The translations under genes and the position numbers were made by a program. This document shows, piece after piece, positions 29,328-39,141 of a stretch of 64,000 nucleotides of DNA; the stretch's first letter is position 1; each line of letters starts with the position of its first letter. The notes under the pieces are model-generated. The model was not told the origin of the DNA. It worked only from the letters and a program-made list of their open reading frames with translations, and made no database searches. The DNA comes from an uncultured Actinomycetes bacterium (GTDB taxonomy: Bacteria; Actinomycetota; Geothermincolia; Fen-727; JACVIW01), in the NCBI GenBank assembly GCA_937127245.1, contig CAKZLU010000048.1, positions 9,028 through 73,027 of the forward strand, written 5' to 3'.

Positions 29328-30125
29328 ATGTTTTCTCTCGAGGGAAAAATAGCGGTAATAACTGGTGCGGCATCCGGTATCGGAAAGGCGACCGCGGTAA
29401 GGTTCGCGAAGGCGGGGGCAAATGTCGTTTTGGCGGATACACAAGACGCCTCGCATGTCGCCGAAATGACAGGCGGTCTTTTCGTGAGAACCGATGTGTC
29501 CTCCGAATCCGATGTCAAAAATTTAATGGATAGCACCGCGGCTCGGTTTGGGAAGATAACCACCGTCATAAACAACGCGGGGATTGGCGGACAAGCCGTA
29601 CTTGTTGAGGGTATAGAGGAGGAACCGCTTGATAACTGTCTTTCGGTCAACTTAAAGGGTGTGATCTGGGGAATAAAGCACGCTGTGCCACACATGACCG
29701 AGGGCGGCTCCATAATAAATACCTCATCCTACGCGGGTCTTTACGGTACTCCCTCTTACGGAATGTATGTCGCCACGAAGGCGGCTGTGATAGGCATTAC
29801 CAGAACAGCCGCTCTCGAACTTGCGCAAAGGAAAATACGGGTCAACTGCATTTGCCCGGGCACCTGCGAGACCCCCATGATGGAAACGGAAAAGGCAAAA
29901 ATTGAGCTTGCCCTGACATCCTACCTCCACCCGCTTGGGCGGGCGGGAAAGCCCGAGGAAGTAGCGGCTCTCTACCATTATCTGGCGAGCGACGAAGCAG
30001 CTTTCGTGACCGGTCAGGCGATTAGCATTGACGGGGGAATGTCCGCCGGACCGAGCCTGAACGTGATAATCCCGCTTTACGAAAGGGTCACCAGCGAAAC
30101 GCTGAACATAGATGATTTCAAGTAA
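29328..30125 (+). CDS. SDR family oxidoreductase
   Basis: TGAASGIG, NNAG, YVATK (YxxxK), IRVNCICPG, IDGG. Confidence 0.92.
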   Translation: MFSLEGKIAVITGAASGIGKATAVRFAKAGANVVLADTQDASHVAEMTGGLFVRTDVSSESDVKNLMDSTAARFGKITTVINNAGIGGQAVLVEGIEEEPLDNCLSVNLKGVIWGIKHAVPHMTEGGSIINTSSYAGLYGTPSYGMYVATKAAVIGITRTAALELAQRKIRVNCICPGTCETPMMETEKAKIELALTSYLHPLGRAGKPEEVAALYHYLASDEAAFVTGQAISIDGGMSAGPSLNVIIPLYERVTSETLNIDDFK

Positions 30126-30231
30126 TTAATTAAACGCGAAATGCGCTCGTAACCTTTATATTGGGTGGCGTGACGATTGAGTTGATTGGATTTTTGTCTT
30201 GTTTGACGGGGGTGTATGAGAGTAAATCGGG

Positions 30232-31950
30232 GTGATGGAAATGGCCGAGATTGACGGAGGAGAGCTTTTATTAAGGTGCCTTGAAAAAGAGGGGGTAAAG
30301 AGAATCTTCGGGATCCCGGACAACGGTTACAACACCGTCATGCTTCATGCGAAAGACCATAACATCCGGTGGATAGCGCCCAGGCACGAGGCTGCGGCGG
30401 TTCACATGGCCGAGGGTGTTTTTAAGACCACTGGGGAGATACCGGTGGTTATGTCCGGCGCCGGACCGGGGACAGCGAATCTAGTTTCGGGAATAATTTG
30501 CGCAAGAGAAGAGGGCGTGCCGGTCATCGCGATAACCGGGCAGAGAAGAAGGGAGGTCATCTACCCTTCATGGCCGGGTGTTTTTCAGGGCACCGACCAG
30601 TATGACATCTTCAAACCGATTACCAAATGGAATGCCGTCGTTCATGACTGGTCGAGGATTCCCGAAATCATAGCAAGAGCTTTTCGTGAAGCGCTTACTG
30701 GCAGGCCCGGTCCCGTTCAGATTGATATCTCGGAATCGATTTTTCACGAAGTGAGGGAAGATAACACGGTGAGGATTTTAAAGCCGCATCAGTACAGATG
30801 TGAGAAACCCGAGATCTCCTCAAAGCAGGTGGAAAAGATTGCGCAAATCATTAATGGGGCGGGGACCGTTCTTCTGATGGCGGGAACCGGGGTCATTAAC
30901 TCCGGAGGTACGGACTCGCTTGTAAAGCTTGCCGAAATGCTCAGCTGCCCCGTTATAACCTCGATGGCCGCAAGGTCGGCTTTCCCCAACGACCATCCAA
31001 ATTTCCTTTTCGGACTTCAAAGAGGCGGGCTTGCCGCGAGAAGCGAGGCGGAGGTCGTTCTGGCGCTCGGCACGAGGCTCGGCGAGCTCGACCTTCCGTT
31101 TGACAAATACTGGGGCGACTACAGTTCGCAAAAAATTATCCAGATTGACATCGATCCAAGGAGTGTCGGGGCTAACAGGCCGATTTACATGGGCGTGGTC
31201 GCCGACGCTAAAAGCGCGATTGACGCTCTGATCGATTATTTCGAAGAGCGTGGGGTCGAGAAGAAAGACAGTGAGCTTATCAGAAAGTACAGGGAACTCG
31301 ATGAGGCGCAGATGCTTGAGTTCGCGGACATCCTGGAGCAGTACAAAGGCGAACGAATACACCCGGCGCATTCAGTCATAATTGCCCGTGAGGTCTTCCC
31401 GCCTGATGCGATAAACGTGGGGGATGGTGGGAACACAAGTCTTTTCAACGCCATATTCACAAGTTTCACTCGACCGAGAACGAGTCTCGGGATCTTTGAG
31501 TTCGGACATCTGGGAACGGGGATTCCCTACGCGATCGGGGCGAAAGCGGCAAACCCCGACAAGGAGGTCTATGTGATAACAGGGGACGGCGCTGCGGGAT
31601 TCAACTTCATGGAGATCGAAACCGCCGTTCGCGAGAACATCAAAATAAACGTAATAGTTCATGCGGAGGGTTCGTGGTGCATGGAGGAGATCGGTCAGAT
31701 CGCCACTTTCGGTGACCCATCAAAGGTGGTGGCATGCGAGCAGTATCCGGTCAGGTGGGATAAGGTTGCTGAAGGGCTCGGGGCATACAGCGAATACGTG
31801 GAGCGGCTCGATGAGTTAAAGGGGGCTTTCCAGAGGGCGAGGGACGCTTCTAAAGCCGCGGTGGTCTGCGTCAAGACCGACAGGCAGGCAAACCTGATAC
31901 CACCGGCTGCTGATATCTTCAGCCAGGTGTATACGGGTCCGCAGGAATGA
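30232..31950 (+). CDS. Thiamine pyrophosphate-dependent enzyme (acetolactate synthase / 2-hydroxyacyl-CoA lyase-like)
   Basis: RHEAAAVHMAEG, GPGTAN, GRPGPV, GTGIPYAIGA, GDGAAGF TPP motif. Confidence 0.88.
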   Translation: MMEMAEIDGGELLLRCLEKEGVKRIFGIPDNGYNTVMLHAKDHNIRWIAPRHEAAAVHMAEGVFKTTGEIPVVMSGAGPGTANLVSGIICAREEGVPVIAITGQRRREVIYPSWPGVFQGTDQYDIFKPITKWNAVVHDWSRIPEIIARAFREALTGRPGPVQIDISESIFHEVREDNTVRILKPHQYRCEKPEISSKQVEKIAQIINGAGTVLLMAGTGVINSGGTDSLVKLAEMLSCPVITSMAARSAFPNDHPNFLFGLQRGGLAARSEAEVVLALGTRLGELDLPFDKYWGDYSSQKIIQIDIDPRSVGANRPIYMGVVADAKSAIDALIDYFEERGVEKKDSELIRKYRELDEAQMLEFADILEQYKGERIHPAHSVIIAREVFPPDAINVGDGGNTSLFNAIFTSFTRPRTSLGIFEFGHLGTGIPYAIGAKAANPDKEVYVITGDGAAGFNFMEIETAVRENIKINVIVHAEGSWCMEEIGQIATFGDPSKVVACEQYPVRWDKVAEGLGAYSEYVERLDELKGAFQRARDASKAAVVCVKTDRQANLIPPAADIFSQVYTGPQE

Positions 31951-32087
31951 ACGTTTAAAATATCGAGATTTTTGTCTCACCTTTCCTGTCGTTTTCGCTT
32001 TATTCGGTTAGGGACGTCGTGAGCCTAAAATGAGAGTTGAAAGGGGGAAGCGGGTTTTCTTGTCTCCTGGATAAAAAGAGATGATTT

Positions 32088-35075
32088 TTGAGAGGAAAAA
32101 TTTTGGGCAATAGAACATTTCTAAGAGTCTCTTGCCTTTTCGTGGCTGTAAGCGTTGCGTTGTTGTTTCAGTCCGGGCTTGCAAGTTCTCAAGTTTCGCC
32201 AGCCGCGCCGCCGCGCTCAAACGATGTTCGCGCAAAGCGGGTACTGAAAACAGCGGGAGACCTCCTCCAAAGGATACAGAGAGCTTGCGAGAAAACGCGC
32301 GGGAAATTGATAACCAGCGTGACCGCCCCCCTGCGGCTCGGAAGCGCCCTTGAAGTGCAAAGCATAGAGGGGGAGGTTTATGAATACATAGTTCCTGTAG
32401 TCGATTTGGACTTTAGGACCCGGCTTGTAATAAGTGTTGACCCGAACGGAGAAAAATGGCGATGGTTTTCACAGTGGGGTTCACGCGAAGATTTTCCTCC
32501 CGTCTCCGCCAAAGAAGCTATCGAAAAGGCGAAAACCTTCTTGCGAAAGGACGGCATCAAGGGCGAGTGCGAGGATGCAGAAATGGTGCTTGCCCCGGAT
32601 AAGACCCTTTACTGGATGGTAAAGATTCTTGCCAACAGCAATGGCGGAAATCCGGATAGAGTTTACGTGCCCGTAATAAGTGAGGGAAGGATTCTTCGTG
32701 CTTCCGATTCTTGCCAGGTGGCAAAATGGGCAGAAGACTCCTGGTCCAAAGACCGGTCTTCCCCCGGTTCTGAGAGCCCCGCTAAACCATCTTATGGCAA
32801 AACCGGTCTGGTTGACGATGACCTTACCTCTATTTTAGCAGGCTCAAACAGCGGGGGCGAATCAAGAAAGACAAAGGCTGCTCCTCTTAATTACGAAATA
32901 CCCGATGTGCCTCATTATTATCAATCCACGAGTTACTGGTGCGGTCCCGCCTGTCTGCAGATGCTATTTGATTACTACGGCGAAAACGTAAGCCAGGCGG
33001 AGATTGCAAAGGTCGCGAACTCCAATTCTTCATACGGCGTTTACAACTCGGACCTGGTAAGAGCCGCGCACTTCTCGTCTAAGAGCACCGCTATACAGGA
33101 CCCTTCCTTGAAAGGGTACACTTCGCGCAAGACTGGGTACGGGGCAAATTACGCAAGATGGGCGAACGGCACCTCTCTTTACCCCAGTCGCTATACAGAT
33201 TTGAAAAATCTCATTGCCAACAACTTCCCGGTCCTTATTCTCACTGACTATAATTCGGGGCTAAACTCCGGACATTTCAGGCTTGTCAAGGGATACAATG
33301 ACAGCGTTGGCTACTTCACGGTTCATGATCCCTGGTATGCTGGCGCATACCAGGGTCCCAACGTGCACTTCAATCAGTCTTTTCTCGTCGATGACCTATG
33401 GCTTTATTCATCGCGCTGGGGAATGATAGCGGCGCCGTGGAGGGTTCTAGTGAGCAAGCCCGAAAGCGTTTCAGCCGGGGACGTTTTCACCGTTAAAGCT
33501 GACGTGAAATATCTTGGTCCAGCGCCAATGGATGGGAACTATGCCGTCTCATCGGCTACTGCCAGTATCACCGCCTCCTCCTCTGTCTACGCGCTCGTCT
33601 CAGGTTCGCCGTCTGTTTCTCTTACGAAAATAACCACCACCGGTTCCGAGGATCAGGCAACATGGACGCTTCAATCGCTTAAGAAAACCTCTACCGCAAA
33701 CATTGGCGTCAGAGCAACCGGGACCATCAACGGCTTTTCCTACAGTTATCCTTCCTATCAGGATGAAATCGGGGGGTACGGCGCGAAAGGGGGATCAAGC
33801 ACAACCTCAGGAAAGAGCGTGTGGTACCTTGCCGAGGGCTCGACCAACTGGGGATTTTCAACTTACATATCTATTGTCAATCCAAACACACAAGACGTCA
33901 CCGTGGCTGTCACCTACATGACTGAATCCGGCGCCGTGACGGGACCAAAGTTTAAGATGCCTGCCAAAAGCCAGGCTACGGTTGACCCCGCTTCCACGCT
34001 CGGGTCTGTGGACTTTTCGACCAAGGTGCGATGCGTTGAGGGAAAGACAATTGCCGTTGACCGTTGCATGATCTGGCAGGCAAACGGCGCGACCAGATCT
34101 GAGGCGCATTCTTCAATAGGGGTTACCTCCCCCTCCAAAGTATGGTATTTGCCGGAGGGCTCATCTTCCTGGGGTTTCGAATGCTGGCTTCTTATCCAGA
34201 ACCCAAACTCCAGGAAAGCTTTGTGCGAAGTCACCTACATGATTGAGGGCGGGTCGCCTAAGAGTTTCAAAAGAGAGATACCGCCAAATTCGAGGAAAAC
34301 GTTCAGCATGCTTCAGGACATTGGTAAAAAAGACGCCTCGATTAAGGTAAGTTCTGATGCGGGAGTCATCGCGGAAAGAGCAATGTATAGAAACTCGAGG
34401 ATATGCGGGCACGGATCGATCGGCGCGACGAGTCCCGCATACAACTTTTTTCTCGCTGAGGGTACAACCAATTACGGCTTTACAACCTATATCCTTGTGC
34501 AGAATCCATCAAGCGAGCCGGCGGAGGTAAACATCACCTACATGACCGAATCAGGTCCGACCGCTCATCCGGCTAATCCCATTTTGATGCCCCCGCTATC
34601 GCGAAAGACCGTAAGGGTAAACGATTTTCTTCCCCCCGTGGATTTTTCAACGCGGGTGTCCAGTAATAAAAAGATAGTTGCCGAAAGGGCGATGTATTGG
34701 TCTGCCGGCGATGGCGGGGGAGAAGCTTGCCACGACTCGATAGGATTGAGCGCTCCGGCAAGGGTTTTCTATCTGCCAGATGGTGACACCACCGGGGATA
34801 AGGAGACATACACGCTGGTACAAAACCCGAATTCTTCCGAAATAGTTGTTGAGGTCTCATATCTTACAGCCACTGGCAAAGGAAACGTCACGCTTGAAGA
34901 GGCAATACCGGCATACTCGCGGAGAACTTTTATTATGGCAGACATAATCCCCAATGGAAGAGCCGCAATCGTTGTCCGCTCCAAGACCTCGGGCAAAAAA
35001 ATTATGGTTGAGCGCGCCATGTACTGGAACAGCCGCGGTGCCGGGACCGACACTATCGGCGGTTTCAGCGACTAA
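32088..35075 (+). CDS. Secreted C39-like cysteine peptidase with four C-terminal DUF5719-like repeats
   Basis: Signal peptide; QSTSYWCGPAC, GHFRLVKGY, VHDPW (Cys/His/Asp); repeats starting WYLAEGST, WYLPEGSS, FFLAEGTT, FYLPDGDT, each with xNPN and ERAMY-like motifs. Confidence 0.8.
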   Translation: MRGKILGNRTFLRVSCLFVAVSVALLFQSGLASSQVSPAAPPRSNDVRAKRVLKTAGDLLQRIQRACEKTRGKLITSVTAPLRLGSALEVQSIEGEVYEYIVPVVDLDFRTRLVISVDPNGEKWRWFSQWGSREDFPPVSAKEAIEKAKTFLRKDGIKGECEDAEMVLAPDKTLYWMVKILANSNGGNPDRVYVPVISEGRILRASDSCQVAKWAEDSWSKDRSSPGSESPAKPSYGKTGLVDDDLTSILAGSNSGGESRKTKAAPLNYEIPDVPHYYQSTSYWCGPACLQMLFDYYGENVSQAEIAKVANSNSSYGVYNSDLVRAAHFSSKSTAIQDPSLKGYTSRKTGYGANYARWANGTSLYPSRYTDLKNLIANNFPVLILTDYNSGLNSGHFRLVKGYNDSVGYFTVHDPWYAGAYQGPNVHFNQSFLVDDLWLYSSRWGMIAAPWRVLVSKPESVSAGDVFTVKADVKYLGPAPMDGNYAVSSATASITASSSVYALVSGSPSVSLTKITTTGSEDQATWTLQSLKKTSTANIGVRATGTINGFSYSYPSYQDEIGGYGAKGGSSTTSGKSVWYLAEGSTNWGFSTYISIVNPNTQDVTVAVTYMTESGAVTGPKFKMPAKSQATVDPASTLGSVDFSTKVRCVEGKTIAVDRCMIWQANGATRSEAHSSIGVTSPSKVWYLPEGSSSWGFECWLLIQNPNSRKALCEVTYMIEGGSPKSFKREIPPNSRKTFSMLQDIGKKDASIKVSSDAGVIAERAMYRNSRICGHGSIGATSPAYNFFLAEGTTNYGFTTYILVQNPSSEPAEVNITYMTESGPTAHPANPILMPPLSRKTVRVNDFLPPVDFSTRVSSNKKIVAERAMYWSAGDGGGEACHDSIGLSAPARVFYLPDGDTTGDKETYTLVQNPNSSEIVVEVSYLTATGKGNVTLEEAIPAYSRRTFIMADIIPNGRAAIVVRSKTSGKKIMVERAMYWNSRGAGTDTIGGFSD

Positions 35076-35239
35076 CAGTTTGCTTCCTTCCAAAATAGAC
35101 GCTCATTTTTTCAAAAGAAGACTTAACCTCCCTGCTTGAAATTGATAGTATCCTTTTTCAGGCTGTGGGTGTTTTCACCGTAGGCCCTGAAATCAGTTTC
35201 GCGAAAGTGATTCTGTTGCGATAACGGGGGTCAGGTGAG

Positions 35240-37027
35240 ATGTTCGGGGATTTTGACGGTGCAATAAAGAGTAATATCGAGATTTCCGAGCGGGGACCGA
35301 TATCAGACAAGGTTATGCCGCTAAAGGAGGCGATCCAAAGGTTTGTTATGCCTGGAATGGAGCTCCATATCGGGCACTGCTACGCAAGACCGTGTGCCGC
35401 GATACACGAGTTGACACGCCAGTTCTGGGGAAAGGATCCTCAGTTTACCGTTAGCACGCTCGGGTTTACAGGAGATATGGTCATAATGTTTGCGGCAGGC
35501 TTGATAAAGAAAGCCATCGCGACTTTCTTCGGCGACTCATATCCGATGCCGGGACCAAACCCCGTATATCAAAAAGCTTACAGGGAAAATCTGGTCGAGA
35601 TGGAGAACTGGACCATACTCACCTTTTCGCTGAGGCTTCTTGCTGGTGCTCTTGGAATGGAATACATACCGGTGAGGTCGCTTTTTGGCACGACCATGGA
35701 GCGGGAAAACTCTGAGTCTTACAAGGTCTTGGAGTTGTCTGATGGGGAGAAGATCGGGTTTGCCAAAGCGCTCACTCCGGACATAACGTTTTTGCATGGT
35801 TGGGCGGCTGACTCTGCTGGAAACGTGGTGTGTGCTCCTCCTTACGCTGAGGGACCCGCATCAGCGCGTGGTGCAAAACTGGGCGCGATAGTGACCGTTG
35901 AAAAGGTTGTCTCGCCCCAGTTCATAAACCGCTACAGCCACTTTGTTAAAGTTCCATCATATCTCGTACTCGCGGTGTGCCCCGCGCCTTTCGGCTCACA
36001 TCCGGCCGGAATGTCGAACTACGGTTTGGAGGAAGAGTTCACCGGATACGAGGTTGACAGGGATTTCCTAATTAATTTGAGAAAGCAGTGCAGGGATGAG
36101 GAGAAGTTGAAGGCGTGGATAGAGGAATGGGTGCTTTCATGTTCCGATCACGAGGAGTATCTGGCCAAAATCGGACACGAGAAGATATGGTACCTTAAGG
36201 GAAAATCCGCCCAGGACGCATGGGAGTCGGAGCTGACCGACGCTTTGCCCACCATGAACGCGGGCGCGGATTTCAATCCAGTGGAGATGATGGTCGCGGT
36301 GGCCGGGCGCCTGATCGCGAAAAAAGCGCGGGAAAAGGGTTACAGAACCATACTCGCGGGCGTAGGCGCCTCCAATCTTGCTGCATGGATCGCTTATTAC
36401 CAGCTCATGGAGTCGGGCTTCGACGTTGACCTCATGGCTGAAGTCGGCTTTTACGGCTACAGCCCCCAGCCTGGTGACCCGTACATATTCAATCTTCGCA
36501 ACGTTCCAAAGTGCAGGATGCTCACCGACGTGAACGACGTTCTCGGCTCACTCGTGGGGGCTCCAAGCAATAAGTGCATCGGATCACTCGGGGCAGGGCA
36601 GGTTGACGTTGAGGGAAACGTGAACTCAACCGCGATACCAGATATGAAACTCTACCTTGTCGGATCGGGCGGAGCGGCGGATGTCGCCGCCGGCGCGAGC
36701 GAGGTGGTAATTTTAATCGAGCATTCGAGATTCAGGCTTGTTGAAAAGGTTCCCTACGTGACCTGTCCAGGTGATCGCATAAGCGCCGTGGTTACAACCC
36801 GGGGTTTGTTTGAAAAACTGGATGGCGAGCTTGTTTTGACGGGTTACTTCGCTTTACCCGGTCTTGAAGAAACCAAAGCGGTTGAAATGATTAAAGCCGA
36901 ATGCGGATGGGAACTTAAAGTGGCGAACAATCTTGAAAAGATTGTGGCACCTTCCCTGGAGGAATTGAGAGCCGTACGGATTTTTGATCCGCACAAATTT
37001 TTCCTTGGGAAGGGCGAGGAAAAGTAA
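35240..37027 (+). CDS. Fused alpha+beta family I CoA-transferase (glutaconate CoA-transferase-like)
   Basis: N-half ENWTILT, IHGWAADSAGN-type motif; C-half LMAEVGF, GAGQVDVEGNVNST, GSGGAADV, VVTTRG. Confidence 0.8.
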   Translation: MFGDFDGAIKSNIEISERGPISDKVMPLKEAIQRFVMPGMELHIGHCYARPCAAIHELTRQFWGKDPQFTVSTLGFTGDMVIMFAAGLIKKAIATFFGDSYPMPGPNPVYQKAYRENLVEMENWTILTFSLRLLAGALGMEYIPVRSLFGTTMERENSESYKVLELSDGEKIGFAKALTPDITFLHGWAADSAGNVVCAPPYAEGPASARGAKLGAIVTVEKVVSPQFINRYSHFVKVPSYLVLAVCPAPFGSHPAGMSNYGLEEEFTGYEVDRDFLINLRKQCRDEEKLKAWIEEWVLSCSDHEEYLAKIGHEKIWYLKGKSAQDAWESELTDALPTMNAGADFNPVEMMVAVAGRLIAKKAREKGYRTILAGVGASNLAAWIAYYQLMESGFDVDLMAEVGFYGYSPQPGDPYIFNLRNVPKCRMLTDVNDVLGSLVGAPSNKCIGSLGAGQVDVEGNVNSTAIPDMKLYLVGSGGAADVAAGASEVVILIEHSRFRLVEKVPYVTCPGDRISAVVTTRGLFEKLDGELVLTGYFALPGLEETKAVEMIKAECGWELKVANNLEKIVAPSLEELRAVRIFDPHKFFLGKGEEK

Positions 37028-37140
37028 AGTCGGCTTAAATTCATCAGCGTTATCAGCTCTCCTATGACAGAACTCGGATAAGTTTCCATATTTAATTCGC
37101 TCCTACTGCTTAGATAGGCTCACGTTAAGATTGGGATTGG

Positions 37141-37185
37141 GCGCCGCGCGTTACACCATTATCGGTGTTGGCGCGGCGTTTGGTT
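37141..37185 (+). terminator. GC-rich hairpin between convergent genes, probable terminator
   Basis: GCGCCGCGC 37141-49 / GCGCGGCGT 37171-79 with inner ACACC/GGTGT stem, followed by TTTGGTT. Confidence 0.5.
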
Positions 37186-37377
37186 CTGCACTATTCCCCA
37201 GCTAAAAAGCGATTTTGAAAACCCGCTCTTTTGAATCTTTTACTTCTTTTCATGCGGAGAACCTTCAATACGGGTTTTCCTCGGCGCTTCTTTCGGAAGA
37301 GCTTCTTCGCGGGGCTTGCCATTCGTTTTCAAGCGCTTCTTTCTTAAATTAACAACGCCGTATGAGTCATTTGAATG

Positions 37378-37575
37378 TCACTTGAAGCATTTGACGAACC
37401 GCTCGAATGAACGGTCGTAGGTACGTTCTACGTCGGCTGGAAAAGCGCACGCCGGGAGCTGCCTTTTGGAAAGATGATATTTTATGCACTCGCAGCACTT
37501 ACCCTTGCGGCTGCATGGTTCGTAGGTGCAGTTGCAGAAAGACATGTTCTGCTCGATGTTCGGACACTCGCTCAC
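37378..37575 (-). CDS. Small Cys-rich protein (DUF6485-like)
   Basis: [30 protein letters not shown] pattern; GGAGG RBS before a GTG start. Confidence 0.75.
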   Translation of the reverse strand: MSECPNIEQNMSFCNCTYEPCSRKGKCCECIKYHLSKRQLPACAFPADVERTYDRSFERFVKCFK

Positions 37576-37811
37576 AGGCTCCTCCTTTTAATCTCCCTCG
37601 GTTTTTCCCCCTAATTCAGCTCCTTGATGACTTTCTTTTAATACATTTCGGTAAATATTATTACAGGATAACTTATAAGCGGCTTGGTATATATGAAATT
37701 GCAATAAGAGACACCATTGTTTACGGAGACTTGGTTATTATAGCGAAAAGACCTGGTTACAAGCCGACTGAAATTACTTGGCGTAATTCCTGAATGCCTG
37801 CTTGGGAAATT

Positions 37812-38891
37812 TTATAAATAATCCTCGCTGAGAATCTTTGGCTCTTTGTCACTGAGCTCGTAAAGCCTGACGCTTCGGTCAATCACCAGCCAGGTTTCGT
37901 TGGGTACATTATCCTCATTGCCGACCGTCCAGCAACCGCAATTTGCGATCAGGACATCCATATCCGGAATTCTACCGATACCCGGTCTGTGCGTATGACC
38001 GAAGACGAAGCAGTCAGCGTCGGGCTGTTCGAATAGGGGAAGCAAGCCTTTAATTTCGTCGTAGTTTTCGCGGATGAGGCTGTCGCGAAGCGGTGATTTA
38101 AGCATCTTTTCCGATCGGAATATTCGGGCGAAAAAAGACAGCAGATGATAAAACTTAAGCCCCTCGATGACTAATTCCGGTACCCACGGCATGACCGACA
38201 TCGCGCCGCAGAACGGTATGTTCGCCATTTCTATATCATGCAGGGTAACTTTTGCCCTTCTTCTTTTCATGATGAACCGACTGAGCCAGAAGGTGCGGAA
38301 CCACCCTCCTTTTGTGGCGTAGAAGTCCAGATGGTGCCCGTGCGCAAGAACCACTTTCCTACCGTTCATTATCCGCACGATGTAAGGATAAACCATTGGG
38401 AAGTTTTCACCCGCTCTCGAGTCGATCCCGCTTAAAACCGTGTCCCCGTAAGCCCTGGCCGGCATGAATTTTGGAGTCTTGAGCTTGCCTTGCATGATGC
38501 TCATGTCCATCTCGAGTCGGAATGCGTTCATAAACATCTGATGGTCGTGGTTGCCGGGGACGTATATGAATTTCTTTACGGCATCTAAGCTCGTGATTTT
38601 TTCGATAAAATATCTCGCGCATCTCAAAGCGGGCATGGGAGTTTTTACCCAGAGGTCAAGAATATCCCCGAGTAGAACGAACTCATCAATCTCCCCGATG
38701 CTGGAAACCGCTTCCGCGAATTTATCGACGCGCTTTCTGTTATCAAGGAGCTGGGTTTCGTCGCCGAAGTGAGTGTCGGATATGATGAGAAGCCTTTCCA
38801 CTTCGTTTTCGATCAGACAATTGAGATTGCTCGCCGCAAGGTTTTGGTTTTCGTAATTGCTCTCTTCGCGTCTTTGATTATTAATGTTCAT
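37812..38891 (-). CDS. Calcineurin-like metallophosphoesterase
   Basis: SDTHFG, LGDILDLW, PGNHDH, AHGH, FGHTHR, NCGCW. Confidence 0.85.
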   Translation of the reverse strand: MNINNQRREESNYENQNLAASNLNCLIENEVERLLIISDTHFGDETQLLDNRKRVDKFAEAVSSIGEIDEFVLLGDILDLWVKTPMPALRCARYFIEKITSLDAVKKFIYVPGNHDHQMFMNAFRLEMDMSIMQGKLKTPKFMPARAYGDTVLSGIDSRAGENFPMVYPYIVRIMNGRKVVLAHGHHLDFYATKGGWFRTFWLSRFIMKRRRAKVTLHDIEMANIPFCGAMSVMPWVPELVIEGLKFYHLLSFFARIFRSEKMLKSPLRDSLIRENYDEIKGLLPLFEQPDADCFVFGHTHRPGIGRIPDMDVLIANCGCWTVGNEDNVPNETWLVIDRSVRLYELSDKEPKILSEDYL

Positions 38892-39141
38892 ATCAATATC
38901 ACGCTCCGAATCATGCGGCTACATTAAGAATATCGAAAAAACGATTTAAGTTTCTTAACGACCTTTCATCCGGGTAACTTGTTAAAAGGGTTTTATAGCG
39001 TTAGCATGCGATAAAGGGAGCGCGTTTGAAGAGAAATAAGAGTTTCTTCGCCATTCATCTAACGGAATGTTTTTGGAAAAGCCTTAAGAGCGCATTTTGT
39101 CTTTTCTGAAAGTTATTTGTTAAGTGAAAAGCAAGCTCGGC

